Assembly: GCA_965203485.1 (NCBI GenBank)
Contig: OZ241892.1
Span: 1-64,000 of the forward strand
Reading direction: 5' to 3'
From: Longimicrobiales bacterium
Lineage (GTDB): Bacteria; Gemmatimonadota; Gemmatimonadetes; Longimicrobiales; Gaopeijiaceae
Length of the DNA: 64,000 nt
In this document: positions 29,301-38,383 of the stretch, piece after piece
How positions within the stretch are numbered: position 1 is the stretch's first letter
Layout of the letters: every line of letters begins with the position of its first letter
The notes under the pieces: model-generated
What the model was told of the DNA's origin: nothing
The model's database searches: none
Seen by the model: the letters and a program-made list of their open reading frames with translations, nothing else
Translations under genes and position numbers: made by a program

Positions 29301-29498
29301 CGCCGGCGCGGCCAAGGCCGCCGCCACCAGGACCGTGGCCACGAACCCGCGCAGATTGCGCCCGGAAGCCCAACCCGAACGGTGACGACGCGCATCGCCG
29401 CCACGAGCCCGCGCACCCCCCCCCCCCCCACGGCGTTGCGGATTCGCTTGGTTGCCGCCCAGGAGGGGCCTGCGCGGCGTGGAAGTTCCGTTGGACAT
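26388..29498 (-). CDS. SusC/RagA-family TonB-dependent receptor (second locus)
   Basis: VTGTAGAARRREIGN, ERIEVIKGAAATTLYGTEASAGVIQIFTKRG, VGPETTSELEFG, C-terminal Phe. Confidence 0.93.
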   Translation of the reverse strand: MSNGTSTPRRPLLGGNQANPQRRGGGGGARARGGDARRHRSGWASGRNLRGFVATVLVAAALAAPAAARAQTGSITGLVAEAASERPLASVQVHLLDTSLGAFSRDNGRFAILNVPPGEYTLRAELIGYATAEVQVTVSPGATVQHDFALETEGLGLDGIVVTGTAGAARRREIGNTVAQLNIAQDVVEPPVNVDALLQARVPGMSVTQSSASVGGGAMIRLRGNVSMTQSNQPLVYVDGVRMRSEGFAKNVPPIGYSGRSNNDVSSPLNSINPMDIERIEVIKGAAATTLYGTEASAGVIQIFTKRGTSGATRWTVQVEQGLARNLTFGPDPSLRPPSENPTSLSGGRSDFLFINPWLRGHKPMCSDAVVVPDQPCDDGLFSDLGAHQQKYAANVGGGTENIRYFVSGSYENDDGVLPNDAEKKIILRGNFTFNPADQLQLQWNTSYTNDQLSHTAGGNNAHGMTLNTFRRDRNYLNDESFNAIDPFLNQELTTQVDHIVTGVTATYSPLAYFNNQLSVGFDLAQQDNRNLRPFGFIRAPTGILSTSRHEFSTLTVEYVGSFNLELTGDIRSTLSFGGQSVTTRREQTIAYGDNFPGPGDPDVDNAGNTLGFEDRERVVNAGLFVQNVFDISNKYFVTAGLRVDGNSAFGEDFGLQLYPKVSGSYVVSDEDFWHSDWGTLKLRAAWGQAGRAPGAFDAVRTFNAVGWGGVPAFLPGNVGNPDVGPETTSELEFGFEGSFLSDRLLANMTYFTRTTSEALFSVRQVPSLGFTSSQLANVGELANSGVELGLNYSIVRNDTWAWDVGTTMSFTDSEIKSLGGAPEFSIGGFGWVIEGQPAPVIRSKCVSNADQRAEPVIEDDCIHGPNQAPVIMGFSTSFGLPWGVTLAARGEYQGGAYMLNGPQAAATRRSVRWAGCFEAYNTWETRGYDALTAEERARCNVNHYQTDFAVQPADFFKIRELSLHAPLPSNWASGMGASSASVTLSARNFFRWVHPLMRTLDPEVGANVGYNTRVRSMTEHVPPPAYYTFSMQVVF
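29416..29429. repeat. C14 homopolymer (G14 on the coding strand) in the 5' end of the second susC
   Basis: Direct count of 14 consecutive C. Confidence 0.85.
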
Positions 29499-29558
29499 CG
29501 CTCCATCCTGTCTGCTTGAGGTTCTCATTCGAACTCCGGCCATTTTGGCGACCCGCTC

Positions 29559-30008
29559 CTAGTATGCAACACCGACCATCGCGCCGCCAGGACGCCGACG
29601 CCGTGGGTCCGAGGAGGCGCGGCGGACAACGATGTCGGCTTCCGCGACCTTCACGCCCTCCTCGGCGTCCTCCGCCCTGGCCCGAATCGTGAAGAGGCCG
29701 CCCGGCGCCTCGTAGACGTGGTCCACCGATCCCGCCGCCGTCTGGGCGCCGGCCGTGGCCACCGAATCCACGGTCCCGTCGCCCCACGAGAAGACGATGC
29801 CCAGGAGGCGCCGGCCCGCGGCGTCGTAGCCGACGGAAACGGACTGGCCCGGCGCCGCCTCGGAAGGCGCGTCGATCGTCAGCGACAGCGGGGAGCCGAT
29901 CGGATCGTCGTCGCATCCGGCGCCGGCCCACAGAAGGACAGCCGCAACCGGAAGACGCCGCCGGCGGCGAGCCGGGCTCCTCCACGGCCGCGATCCGGAC
30001 GCGCTCAA
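29559..30008 (-). CDS. PKD/Ig-like domain lipoprotein
   Basis: GAGC lipobox; FSWGDGT...HVYEAPGGLFTI PKD-like motif; TTG start overlaps the upstream stop. Confidence 0.7.
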   Translation of the reverse strand: MSASGSRPWRSPARRRRRLPVAAVLLWAGAGCDDDPIGSPLSLTIDAPSEAAPGQSVSVGYDAAGRRLLGIVFSWGDGTVDSVATAGAQTAAGSVDHVYEAPGGLFTIRARAEDAEEGVKVAEADIVVRRASSDPRRRRPGGAMVGVAY

Positions 30009-30592
30009 GGCAAGCCGAGCCGAACGCGGAGGCCGAAGCGCGGGTTCTCCGAGGGGGGACCCGTCGGCGGCTCGCCTCCCCGCCTGCCCCGGGACCGAAC
30101 CTGATTCCAGATGACGAAGCCGACCACTCCGGCCGCGGCGCCGATCACGGCGTACGTGCGGCCCCGGTGCAGCGCGCGGCGCTCCAAGTCGGCGACGCCG
30201 GCCGCCGGAACGCGCACGCGCTGGTGCAGCGACTCGACCCGGATGCCGTCCACGCCGGTGTGCACCGGCACCTCCAGCAACAACTCGGTCGCGCCCGCTT
30301 CGACGACCTCTCCTCTCAAGAGGCGGCCGTCCAAGGCCACCGCTTCGCCGATCGCCTCGGCCTGAGGCGGCGTGAGGAGGGCGCGCACTTGGTCGCCGCG
30401 GTCCAGGTCGCTCCAGGCCGCGTGCGCGTAGGCGTGGCATCCGGCCAGCCAAGGCGCCAGCACGAGCAGGGCCAGCCAGCGGAGCGGCGCGGAGCGCTCG
30501 GGGCCGCGGGCGGGATGCAGGGCGGCATCTCCGGGCCGGCGGCGGCAGGGAAGCGGGCCGGCGCCGACCCGCGCGGACGTGAAATGCGCCAT
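30005..30592 (-). CDS. Hypothetical lipoprotein with C-terminal TM helix (paralog of 5098-5745)
   Basis: LAGC lipobox, HAYAHAAWSDLDRGDQVRALL, C-terminal TM helix and G/P-rich tail. Confidence 0.7.
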   Translation of the reverse strand: MAHFTSARVGAGPLPCRRRPGDAALHPARGPERSAPLRWLALLVLAPWLAGCHAYAHAAWSDLDRGDQVRALLTPPQAEAIGEAVALDGRLLRGEVVEAGATELLLEVPVHTGVDGIRVESLHQRVRVPAAGVADLERRALHRGRTYAVIGAAAGVVGFVIWNQVRSRGRRGGEPPTGPPSENPRFGLRVRLGLP

Positions 30593-30653
30593 GAGCGCAA
30601 TCTAACGCGCCAACGTGCAGGAACCGCCGAGGCGCCCCTCGCTACGTTTTCGC

Positions 30654-31937
30654 ATGGCCGCCGAACCGAACGCCGCCGCTCTTCCGCCGGTCGCAGACGG
30701 CGATCCGGCGGCCCAAGGCGCCCTCGCCTTCGTCATGGGCGGCGGCGGTGCGCGGGCGGCCTACCAAGTGGGAGTGCTCCGGGGCATCGCCAAGCGGTTC
30801 CCGGACGCGCGCGTTCCCATCGTGACCGGGGTGAGCGCCGGCGCCATCAACGCGGCCATGCTGGCGGCCCACCACGGCACCTTCGCGCAGGCCGCCGAGG
30901 AGCTGCGGCACCTCTGGGCCGAACTGTCGCCGGAGCGCGTGTTCCGCACCGACTTCGGGTCCTTGGCCAGGAGCGCGACGGGGTGGTTGTGGCAACTGGC
31001 GTCGGGCGGAGCGAGCAGCGGACCCCGGGTGCGCGGCCTGGTGGACACGAGCCCGCTCCGCGGGTACCTCGCCGAGGCGTTGCATGCGATAGACGGCGAG
31101 CTCACCGGCATCCGGGCCAATCTGGCCACCGGCAGGCTCAAGGCGGCGGCCATCAGCACCACCAACTACTCCACGGGCCAGTCCGTGCTCTGGGTGCAGG
31201 GACAAGGCGCGCGCGCCTGGGAGCGGCCGAACCGCCGCTCGGCGCCCACCGTGCTGTCCGTGGAGCACGTCATGGCCTCGGCCGCGCTCCCCATCCTCTT
31301 CCCCGCCGTTCGTCTGGGCCCTCATTGGTTCGGCGACGGCGGCATCCGGCTGACCGCGCCTCTTTCGCCGGCCCTCCACCTCGGCGCGGACCGCATTCTT
31401 GCCGTCAGCACCCGGCGGCGGCGCACGGGCAAGGAGGCCGACATGGAGACCGTCGAGGGATACCCGCCGCCGGCGCAGGTCGCCGGACTGCTGCTGAATT
31501 CCGTCTTCTTGGACGTGCTGGACCAGGACGCGCACCGGCTCGACGCCGTCAACCGGCTTCTGGCGCGCGTCGGCCCGGAGGCCCGCCAAGGCATGAGGTT
31601 CGTGCGCCTCGTGACGATGCGCCCGTCGGTCGACCTGGGAAGGCTCGCCGACGAACACGAGCCCCAGCTGCCGAGGATGTTCCGCTTCTTGACGCGCGGA
31701 CTTGGCACGAAGCAGGTGCGGGCACCAGACTTCTTGAGCCTCGTCATGTTCCAGTCGGACTACATCAAGGAGCTGATCGAGGTAGGCGAAGCAGACGCAG
31801 AAGCGCGCGCAGGCGAGATTGCCGAGCTTCTGAGGCCGCCCCGCCAAGAGAGCGAACCAACGAGCGGCCCTCGTTCGCGGCGGGCGCCGTCGCCCAGCGC
31901 GAACCCGGGGCCGGAGCGGCAAAGGAGCGGATCATGA
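30654..31937 (+). CDS. Patatin-like phospholipase
   Basis: GGGGARAAYQVG, GVSAG (nucleophile Ser), DGG motif. Confidence 0.9.
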   Translation: MAAEPNAAALPPVADGDPAAQGALAFVMGGGGARAAYQVGVLRGIAKRFPDARVPIVTGVSAGAINAAMLAAHHGTFAQAAEELRHLWAELSPERVFRTDFGSLARSATGWLWQLASGGASSGPRVRGLVDTSPLRGYLAEALHAIDGELTGIRANLATGRLKAAAISTTNYSTGQSVLWVQGQGARAWERPNRRSAPTVLSVEHVMASAALPILFPAVRLGPHWFGDGGIRLTAPLSPALHLGADRILAVSTRRRRTGKEADMETVEGYPPPAQVAGLLLNSVFLDVLDQDAHRLDAVNRLLARVGPEARQGMRFVRLVTMRPSVDLGRLADEHEPQLPRMFRFLTRGLGTKQVRAPDFLSLVMFQSDYIKELIEVGEADAEARAGEIAELLRPPRQESEPTSGPRSRRAPSPSANPGPERQRSGS

Positions 31938-34030
31938 GCAAGTCCGGCCCGGACCCGGCCGTCCGCGCCAGCGGCGCCGACGAGTCCCGCGAGGTAGCGG
32001 AAAGCGCCCGCCAGGAGCGCTGGGAGAAGCGCAGCTTCATGAAGGAGCTGTTCGACGGCAGGCTCTCGCTGGACTTGGTGCACCCCCACCCGAAGCAGGA
32101 CCCGGCCGAGGCGGCACGCGCCAAGCCGTTCTTGGAGCGTCTAGCGCAGTTCGTCGAGGAGCATGTGGACGGCGACGCGGTGGACCGCGACGGGTGGGTG
32201 CCGGAGTCCGTCCTCGAAGGCTTGGCGGCCCTGGGCGCCTTCGGAGTCAAGATTCCCGAGGGCTACGGCGGCCTGGGGCTGTCGCAGCTCTCCTACAACC
32301 GCGCGCTCGCGTTGGTGGCGAGCCGGTGCGGCTCCACGGGAGCGTTCCTGTCGGCGCACCAGTCGATCGGCGTTCCCACGCCTCTCATGCTGTTCGGCAC
32401 CGAGGAGCAGAAGCGGAAGTACCTGCCGCGCGCGGCCGGCGGCGAACTCTCGGCGTTCGCGCTGACCGAGCCGATGGTCGGCTCCGACCCGGCCAACATG
32501 AGCACGACGGCGACGCTCTCGGAAGACGGCTCGCACTACCTCCTCAACGGCGAGAAGCTTTGGACGACCAACGGCCCCCGCGCCAAGCTGATCGTGGTGA
32601 TGGCTCGCACGCCGCCGCGCGAAGGCGCCAGGGGGAAGAGGCCGATCAGCGCGTTCATCGTCGAGAGCGACTGGCCGGGCGTCGATGTGGTGCAGGAATG
32701 CCGCTTCATGGGACTCAAGGGACTCTCCAACGGCGTCCTGCGCTTCCGCGACGTCAAGGTGCCGCGCGAGAACCTGCTGTGGGGAGAGGGACTGGGACTC
32801 AAGCTGGCGCTGGTGACGCTCAACACGGGGCGCCTGGCGCTGCCCGCGTTCTGCACCGCGGCGGCCAAGGGCCACCTGCGGGCCTGCCGCAAGTGGGCGG
32901 GCGAGCGGGTGCAGTGGGGACGCGCGATCGGCAAGCACGACGCGGTCGCGCAGATGCTGGGACGCATGGCGGCGGACACGTACGCGATGGAGGCCGCGGT
33001 CGACTTGGCGGCCGGATTGGCGGACGGCAAGCGAGTGGACATCCGCATGGAGGCCGCGGCCGCGAAGCTGTGGCACACGGAGAAGTCGTGGCGGATGGTG
33101 GACGACGCCGTGCAGATCCGCGGCGGACGAGGGTACGAGACCGCGGACTCGCTGCGTAGCCGGGGCGAGGACCCGGAGCCGCTGGAGCGCGCGATGCGGG
33201 ACTCGCGGATCAACCGCATCTTCGAGGGCTCGAGCGAGATCATGCGCCTGTTCATTGCCCGCGAGGCGGTGGACGAGCACCTGAAGGCGGCGGGCGCCGC
33301 GATCGACGCCGGCGCTCCCTTGGGCAGGCGCGCCGCGGCGGTCCTGCGGGCTGGAGCGCGCTACGCGGCGTGGTACCCCCTGCGGCGACTGGGCTGGGGG
33401 TGGTGGCCGAGGCATCGCCGTTTCGGTCCCCTTGCGGGCCACGTGCGCTTCGTCGACCGGTCCGCGAGGCGGCTCGCGCGCGCGACGTTCCACTGCATGA
33501 TCCGCTTCGGGCCGAAGCTCGAGCAGCGCCAAGCCGTGCTGGGCCGGCTGGTGGACGTCGGCGCGGACCTGTTCGTGATGGTCGCCGCCTGCGTGCGCGC
33601 GCGCGAAGCGGCGGCGGCCGGCCAAGGCTCCGGCGCGGCCCGGCAGGCTGGAGACGGGAAGGCGCAACGGGCGGCCGGCGAGTTCGAGCTGGCCGACCAG
33701 GCGTGCAGGCTCGCCCGGCGGCGGGTGCGCGCGGCCTTCGCCTCGCTGTTCCGCAACGACGACGTGACGACCTACCGGCTCGCTCGGCGAGTCCTGGACG
33801 ACCGCTACGCGTGGCTGGAAGAGGGCATCGTTGCGGCGGGCGGGCCCGGGACCCAGGCCCCGGGCGGCGTCGGGGGACCCGGGGCCGAAGCGGTTGCAGG
33901 CGACGGCGGCGGGGCCGGGAGCGGCGACGCGCTTCATGGCGGAATCGCCGGCCGTGCCGGGGAGGATGCGGCTCCCGCCGGCGCGTCCCTTGGGCGACAC
34001 CGCAGCGGAGCCGCCCGGGCGGCCGGCTAG
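31934..34030 (+). CDS. Acyl-CoA dehydrogenase (VLCAD/ACAD9-like, long C-terminus)
   Basis: AFALTEPMVGSD, LNGEKLWTTNG, QIRGGRGYE, RDSRINRIFEGSSEI. Confidence 0.92.
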   Translation: MSKSGPDPAVRASGADESREVAESARQERWEKRSFMKELFDGRLSLDLVHPHPKQDPAEAARAKPFLERLAQFVEEHVDGDAVDRDGWVPESVLEGLAALGAFGVKIPEGYGGLGLSQLSYNRALALVASRCGSTGAFLSAHQSIGVPTPLMLFGTEEQKRKYLPRAAGGELSAFALTEPMVGSDPANMSTTATLSEDGSHYLLNGEKLWTTNGPRAKLIVVMARTPPREGARGKRPISAFIVESDWPGVDVVQECRFMGLKGLSNGVLRFRDVKVPRENLLWGEGLGLKLALVTLNTGRLALPAFCTAAAKGHLRACRKWAGERVQWGRAIGKHDAVAQMLGRMAADTYAMEAAVDLAAGLADGKRVDIRMEAAAAKLWHTEKSWRMVDDAVQIRGGRGYETADSLRSRGEDPEPLERAMRDSRINRIFEGSSEIMRLFIAREAVDEHLKAAGAAIDAGAPLGRRAAAVLRAGARYAAWYPLRRLGWGWWPRHRRFGPLAGHVRFVDRSARRLARATFHCMIRFGPKLEQRQAVLGRLVDVGADLFVMVAACVRAREAAAAGQGSGAARQAGDGKAQRAAGEFELADQACRLARRRVRAAFASLFRNDDVTTYRLARRVLDDRYAWLEEGIVAAGGPGTQAPGGVGGPGAEAVAGDGGGAGSGDALHGGIAGRAGEDAAPAGASLGRHRSGAARAAG

Positions 34031-34055
34031 CGCCAGCCCTTCTTCGCTCGCGCTC

Positions 34056-35015
34056 TTGCCGAATTCTGCCGTGCGGCGCCTCTTCGGGTTCGTCCTCGCG
34101 TGGACGCTGGCGCTCCTGGCGCTGGGGAGCATCGTGCATGCCACGGAGTCGAGCTTGGCGTGCCCCGACTGGCCGACTTGCTTCGGCACGCTGACCCCCG
34201 AGATGACGGGCGGCGTCTTCTGGGAGCACCTCCACCGCCTGTGGGCCGGCGCCCTCGTCTTGCTGTTCACCGCCGCCGTCGTCCTTCTGCGCCGCCGCCG
34301 CCCGGAACTGCGGACGGTCTTCAGGCTGGGCTTGGCGGGGGTCGCCGCGTTGCTGGTCCAGTCCGTCCTCGGAGGACTAACCGTCATCTACGGGCTGCCC
34401 GACGCGATTTCGGTGTCCCACCTCACGCTCGCTCTCGCCTTCGTGGTTCTGCTCACGGTCATGACCGCGCGAGTCGGCGAACCGTGGACGTACCGCACCG
34501 AGGAGTCCCGGAAGAGAGTGCGGCGCGCCGGAACGTCGAGCGTGCGCGTCATCTTCATCCAATCGTTCGTCGGCGGCCTCGTGCGCCATCAGGACGCGGG
34601 GATGGCGTGCCCCGACATTCCTCTGTGCCTGGGCAGTCTCGTGCCGCCGCTGGGCCACCCGCTGGTCCGCATCCACTACATGCACCGCGTGCTCGGCGTG
34701 CTGGCGATGGTCATCGTGCTGCGACACGCATGGCTCGTCCTGCGGCGGTCCAGCGAGACGGCGCCGCGCCGCGCCGTGGCGGCGCTGGCGGGCGGGGCCG
34801 TGCTCCAAGTCGCGTTCGGCTTCGCCTCGGTGGCGTTCAGCCTCGATCCGCCCTACGTCGTGGTCCACACGGCGATCGCCGGCGTCCTCCTCGTTCTCGC
34901 GGCGACGCTGGTCGGCCAAGCCCGCCCCGGCGCGACCGTCGCCGAAGAGAGCGGACCCTCGCGCTCGGGCAGGGTCGCCGCCGCCGAACGCCCGCCAGCT
35001 GCGGGCGCCACGTGA
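34056..35015 (+). CDS. ctaA: Heme A synthase (CtaA/COX15 family)
   Basis: Duplicated CPDWPTC/CPDIPLC motifs, EHLHR, HYMHR and further conserved His in TM helices; start uncertain (alternative 33936). Confidence 0.85.
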   Translation: MPNSAVRRLFGFVLAWTLALLALGSIVHATESSLACPDWPTCFGTLTPEMTGGVFWEHLHRLWAGALVLLFTAAVVLLRRRRPELRTVFRLGLAGVAALLVQSVLGGLTVIYGLPDAISVSHLTLALAFVVLLTVMTARVGEPWTYRTEESRKRVRRAGTSSVRVIFIQSFVGGLVRHQDAGMACPDIPLCLGSLVPPLGHPLVRIHYMHRVLGVLAMVIVLRHAWLVLRRSSETAPRRAVAALAGGAVLQVAFGFASVAFSLDPPYVVVHTAIAGVLLVLAATLVGQARPGATVAEESGPSRSGRVAAAERPPAAGAT

Positions 35016-35437
35016 GCGCCGAGGCTCTCGGCAACGCGCTGGCGCCCGTCAACGCAATCCTCAATCTGACGGCGGCCGCGTTCCTTCTCGCCGGATTCCG
35101 GGCCGTCCGCCGCGGGCGGATCGAGGCGCACCGCCGCCGAATGCTGGGCGCCGCCGCGGCGTCCGGCGTCTTCCTCGCGTCCTACGTCGCGCGCTTCTCG
35201 CTCACGGGCACTCACGAGTTCGCCGGCCCCGACGCGCTCCGGCCCTTCTACTTGGCGGTTCTCTTCAGCCACATGACCCTGGCGGTCGTCGTGCTGCCGC
35301 TGGCGCTCCGCCTTCTCGTCCTGGCCCGCCGCGAGCGCTTCGACGCCCACCGCCGCCTGGCCCGTTGGACCTTCCCGGCCTGGCTCTACGTCTCCATCAC
35401 CGGCTTCGCCGTCTACGTGATGCTGTACCACATGTAG
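35012..35437 (+). CDS. DUF420-family membrane protein (cytochrome oxidase assembly associated)
   Basis: NAILN...HRRRML...FLASY...SH..LA...HRRLARWTFPAWLYVSITG; coupled to ctaA through GTGA. Confidence 0.85.
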   Translation: MSAEALGNALAPVNAILNLTAAAFLLAGFRAVRRGRIEAHRRRMLGAAAASGVFLASYVARFSLTGTHEFAGPDALRPFYLAVLFSHMTLAVVVLPLALRLLVLARRERFDAHRRLARWTFPAWLYVSITGFAVYVMLYHM

Positions 35438-35470
35438 GCGCCCCTTTCGCGGGCGCACCGCCGCCCCGAG

Positions 35471-36076
35471 TCAGTCCGATCCCACCCAGCGGCACGTCGG
35501 ATCGCCCTTCGTCTCGCAACGGTGCTCGGCGACCGTCCACTGGGCCGACACCCCTTCGCGCAGCGCCTGCTGGCAGAAGCCGGAGATGAACTGGCAGGCG
35601 TCGCCGCTCTTGTCCAGCTGCACGAACGGCGAGGCGGACACCTCCAGCGTGAACGGTCCCGAGATGAAGCCGCCCATCCGGCGCCCGAACAGCTTGGCGA
35701 GCTGCCGCTGGATGCGCTTCTTCACAAGCCGCAAGCGAAGGCGGCGCGGAAACAGCCGGCCTCGGGCGCTCACTTGGCGCTTCGCCAGCCTCGCTCCGGC
35801 CCTGAAGAAGATCTCGCGCGAGTCGGGCCGCCTCATGACCAGCTGAATCAGCCCGGAGACCTCGTCCGGGGGCAACCGGTCGCCCCGGCGGGCGCGGTCG
35901 CGCTGAAGCTTGATCTGCGTTTCGATGACGCCGCTGATGCCGAAGCGTCGCGGCAGGGTCCGGGAGATGTCTTCGTCCATGAGGACTTCGGCGGGCTGGT
36001 CCACTTGGCGCAGCGTCTCCAGAAGCTCCACCACGATATCTGCCGCCACGCCTCGCTTGCGCACCTGTCTCGGCAT
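35471..36076 (-). CDS. Hypothetical protein with C-terminal V4R-like domain
   Basis: ACQFISG...EHRCETKGDPTCRW cysteine pattern of V4R domains. Confidence 0.7.
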   Translation of the reverse strand: MPRQVRKRGVAADIVVELLETLRQVDQPAEVLMDEDISRTLPRRFGISGVIETQIKLQRDRARRGDRLPPDEVSGLIQLVMRRPDSREIFFRAGARLAKRQVSARGRLFPRRLRLRLVKKRIQRQLAKLFGRRMGGFISGPFTLEVSASPFVQLDKSGDACQFISGFCQQALREGVSAQWTVAEHRCETKGDPTCRWVGSD

Positions 36077-36443
36077 GGCGGTTCTCCGGTGGGATAGCGG
36101 GGTCCGCGCACGGCCGACCCCCGGGGGCGCCCCATGCGCCGCGCAAGACCTTCGGGCCTCGGCCGCGCGGCGCGGCAGGGAATGCGAGCCGCCCCCTCGA
36201 AGACGAGCTTGCCCGCCGCAGTGGCGACGCCCAAACTTACACGGCCCGGGCCGTTCCGCCAGTTTTCTGCCCGCGCCGCCCGGTAGTCGCCGTCGCCGCG
36301 CCGAAGGCGCCCGAAGGGTTGGTCCGCCGGGGTTCGCGCCCCGCGCCGGCGCTCCGTCGGCGGCCTCCGCGAGCGTCTCCCGGCCCTCGATCCTCTCCGT
36401 GGCGCCCGTCGCGCCGGGACAACTCGCCGCCCGGCCCTCCACC

Positions 36444-37715
36444 GTGAAACGCTTTCCGGCCTTCGATCCTCCCGAGTACCACCGCTGGACCCCCGGCGCC
36501 GACGCGGTTCGGCGGTACCGCAAGACGTTCCGCGAGTCCCCGTCTCGGGCCGAAGTCGTGGACCAGCTGGACGAATCGGGTCTTCTCGGCATCTATCGCG
36601 GCCTGCTGACGACGCGCTTGCAGGACATCGCGCTCAAGCGTTGGGTGCGGCAAGGCGTCGTCAGCAAGGCTTGGCTGGGAACCGGCGAGGAGGCCGTCAC
36701 CGTGGGCGCAGTGAGCGCGCTGGACCGCAAGCGCGACGTGGTCAGCCCCATGATCCGCAACGCGGGCGCGTGCCACTTGATGGGAATGCCGCTCGAAGAC
36801 GGGTTCACGACGTACCTCGCGACGACCGCGAGCCCGAGCGGGGGACGCGACCTTCATGCCGGCGACGTGTCGAGGGGCGTCGTTCAACCGATCAGCCACA
36901 TGGGCGCCAGCGCGACGATCGTCGCCGGGGCGGCGCTCGCCTTCAAGAACCGGGGCGAGGCCCGAGTCGCGCTGACCTGGATCGGCGACGGGGCGACTCG
37001 CACGGCGGCCGCTCACGAAGGGATGGTCTTCGCGGCAGGGGCCCGCGTGCCCGCCATCTTCGTCGTCCAGAACAATCAGGTCGCGCTGGGGACGCCGTTG
37101 GCGCAGCACGCCGGCGGAAGGATGGAAGACGTGCCGCGGGCCTACGGGATGGACGCGCTGGTCTGCGACGGCAACAACGTCCTGGACGTCCACGCGGCCA
37201 CGGCCGTCGCCAGGAGGCGTTGCGTGGAGGGACGCGGACCGGCCGGGGTCGTGGCCGGGACCTTCAGGATGGGGGGGCACGCCACGCACGACGAGCGCGA
37301 GGCGAGGGAGACGCTCGACGCGCGTCTGTTCGAGGAGTGGGGACGGCGCGATCCCGTCGGACTGTTCGAGGCGTTTCTGCTGGAGGAGGGAATCGCCTCC
37401 GCCGCGCTCGAGGAGATCGAGGACGAGGCGTCCCGCGCGGTCGAAGACGCGGCCGAACGCGCGCTGGCATCCCGCGGCGACGCGCCGCCCCCGGAACGCG
37501 CCATCTACGACGGTTTCTCCGAGGGAGGAGTCCTGCACCCCTTGCGCCACCGGCTGGCCGGCGGGCGCGAGCCGCGCACCGAGCGTTCGGTCGTGGTCGG
37601 CGGCCCGCGCGCCTCGCGCCACTGGCCGGCCGGCGGGCAGGCTTGCGCCGAACCTCGGTCGGCGGCCGGACGCCCGGGCACGCCGGCCGACGACGCGGCC
37701 GACCACGCCCGTTGA
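36444..37715 (+). CDS. TPP-dependent 2-oxoacid dehydrogenase E1 alpha subunit
   Basis: GEEA, IGDGA...QNNQ TPP-binding motif, DGNNVLDV, FRMGGHATHD. Confidence 0.88.
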   Translation: MKRFPAFDPPEYHRWTPGADAVRRYRKTFRESPSRAEVVDQLDESGLLGIYRGLLTTRLQDIALKRWVRQGVVSKAWLGTGEEAVTVGAVSALDRKRDVVSPMIRNAGACHLMGMPLEDGFTTYLATTASPSGGRDLHAGDVSRGVVQPISHMGASATIVAGAALAFKNRGEARVALTWIGDGATRTAAAHEGMVFAAGARVPAIFVVQNNQVALGTPLAQHAGGRMEDVPRAYGMDALVCDGNNVLDVHAATAVARRRCVEGRGPAGVVAGTFRMGGHATHDEREARETLDARLFEEWGRRDPVGLFEAFLLEEGIASAALEEIEDEASRAVEDAAERALASRGDAPPPERAIYDGFSEGGVLHPLRHRLAGGREPRTERSVVVGGPRASRHWPAGGQACAEPRSAAGRPGTPADDAADHAR

Positions 37716-37750
37716 AGGGTGCTCCCGCCGCCGTATATTGCTTAACGACC

Positions 37751-38374
37751 ATGTTCGACGACCTGCGAAGGGCCTTCAAGGAAGCCGTGGACAACTTCCA
37801 CCAGGAGCTCGGCCGCGACTCGGTGGCGGAAACGGTGGACGGCCTGCTCAAGCGGATGGAGCGCGAGGCCGTGGACGCCAAGGCGGCCGTGGCGCTGGCG
37901 AAGGAGCAGCTCGCAAAGGCGCGAAAGCAGGCCGAGGCCGAGGCCGGGGAAGAGGCGGTCTGCCGCCGCCGCGAGGGCTTGGCGCGCAAGATCGGCGACG
38001 CCGAGACGGCGGAGATCGCCGCCGAGTACGCCGAGAAGCACGCCGAACGAGGCCGCGTGCTCGCCCGCAAGGCGGACGCGATCGAGGCCGAGATCCGCCT
38101 TCAGGAGGCGGAATACGAGGCCATGCTGGGCAAGATCAGGGAAGCGCGCGCCAGCCGCGACGGACTCTCCGCCCAGGCGGGACGCGCCAGGGCGCGCGAT
38201 TCGCTGGGAAGCGTCTCCGATCTGCTGAACGACTTGGACCGCATGGAAGAGGACGCGCAGGACGGACGCCCGGGGCCGAGCGCGGCGGAGTTCGACGAAG
38301 CCGTCGGCAGGGCGCGCGACGAAGCGATCGACGAGCGTCTCGACGCCTTGAAGCGGCGCATGGGAAAGAAGTAG
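37751..38374 (+). CDS. PspA/IM30-like coiled-coil protein
   Basis: All-helical Ala/Glu-rich sequence ending IDERLDALKRRMG, typical of PspA-like C-termini. Confidence 0.7.
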   Translation: MFDDLRRAFKEAVDNFHQELGRDSVAETVDGLLKRMEREAVDAKAAVALAKEQLAKARKQAEAEAGEEAVCRRREGLARKIGDAETAEIAAEYAEKHAERGRVLARKADAIEAEIRLQEAEYEAMLGKIREARASRDGLSAQAGRARARDSLGSVSDLLNDLDRMEEDAQDGRPGPSAAEFDEAVGRARDEAIDERLDALKRRMGKK

Positions 38375-38383
38375 ATTCCGCTC

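Noticed and set aside
30167..34030. 1287-aa ORF as a patatin/acyl-CoA dehydrogenase fusion
   Set aside because: Patatin is in a different frame; the dehydrogenase has its own AGGAG RBS and ATG at 31934.
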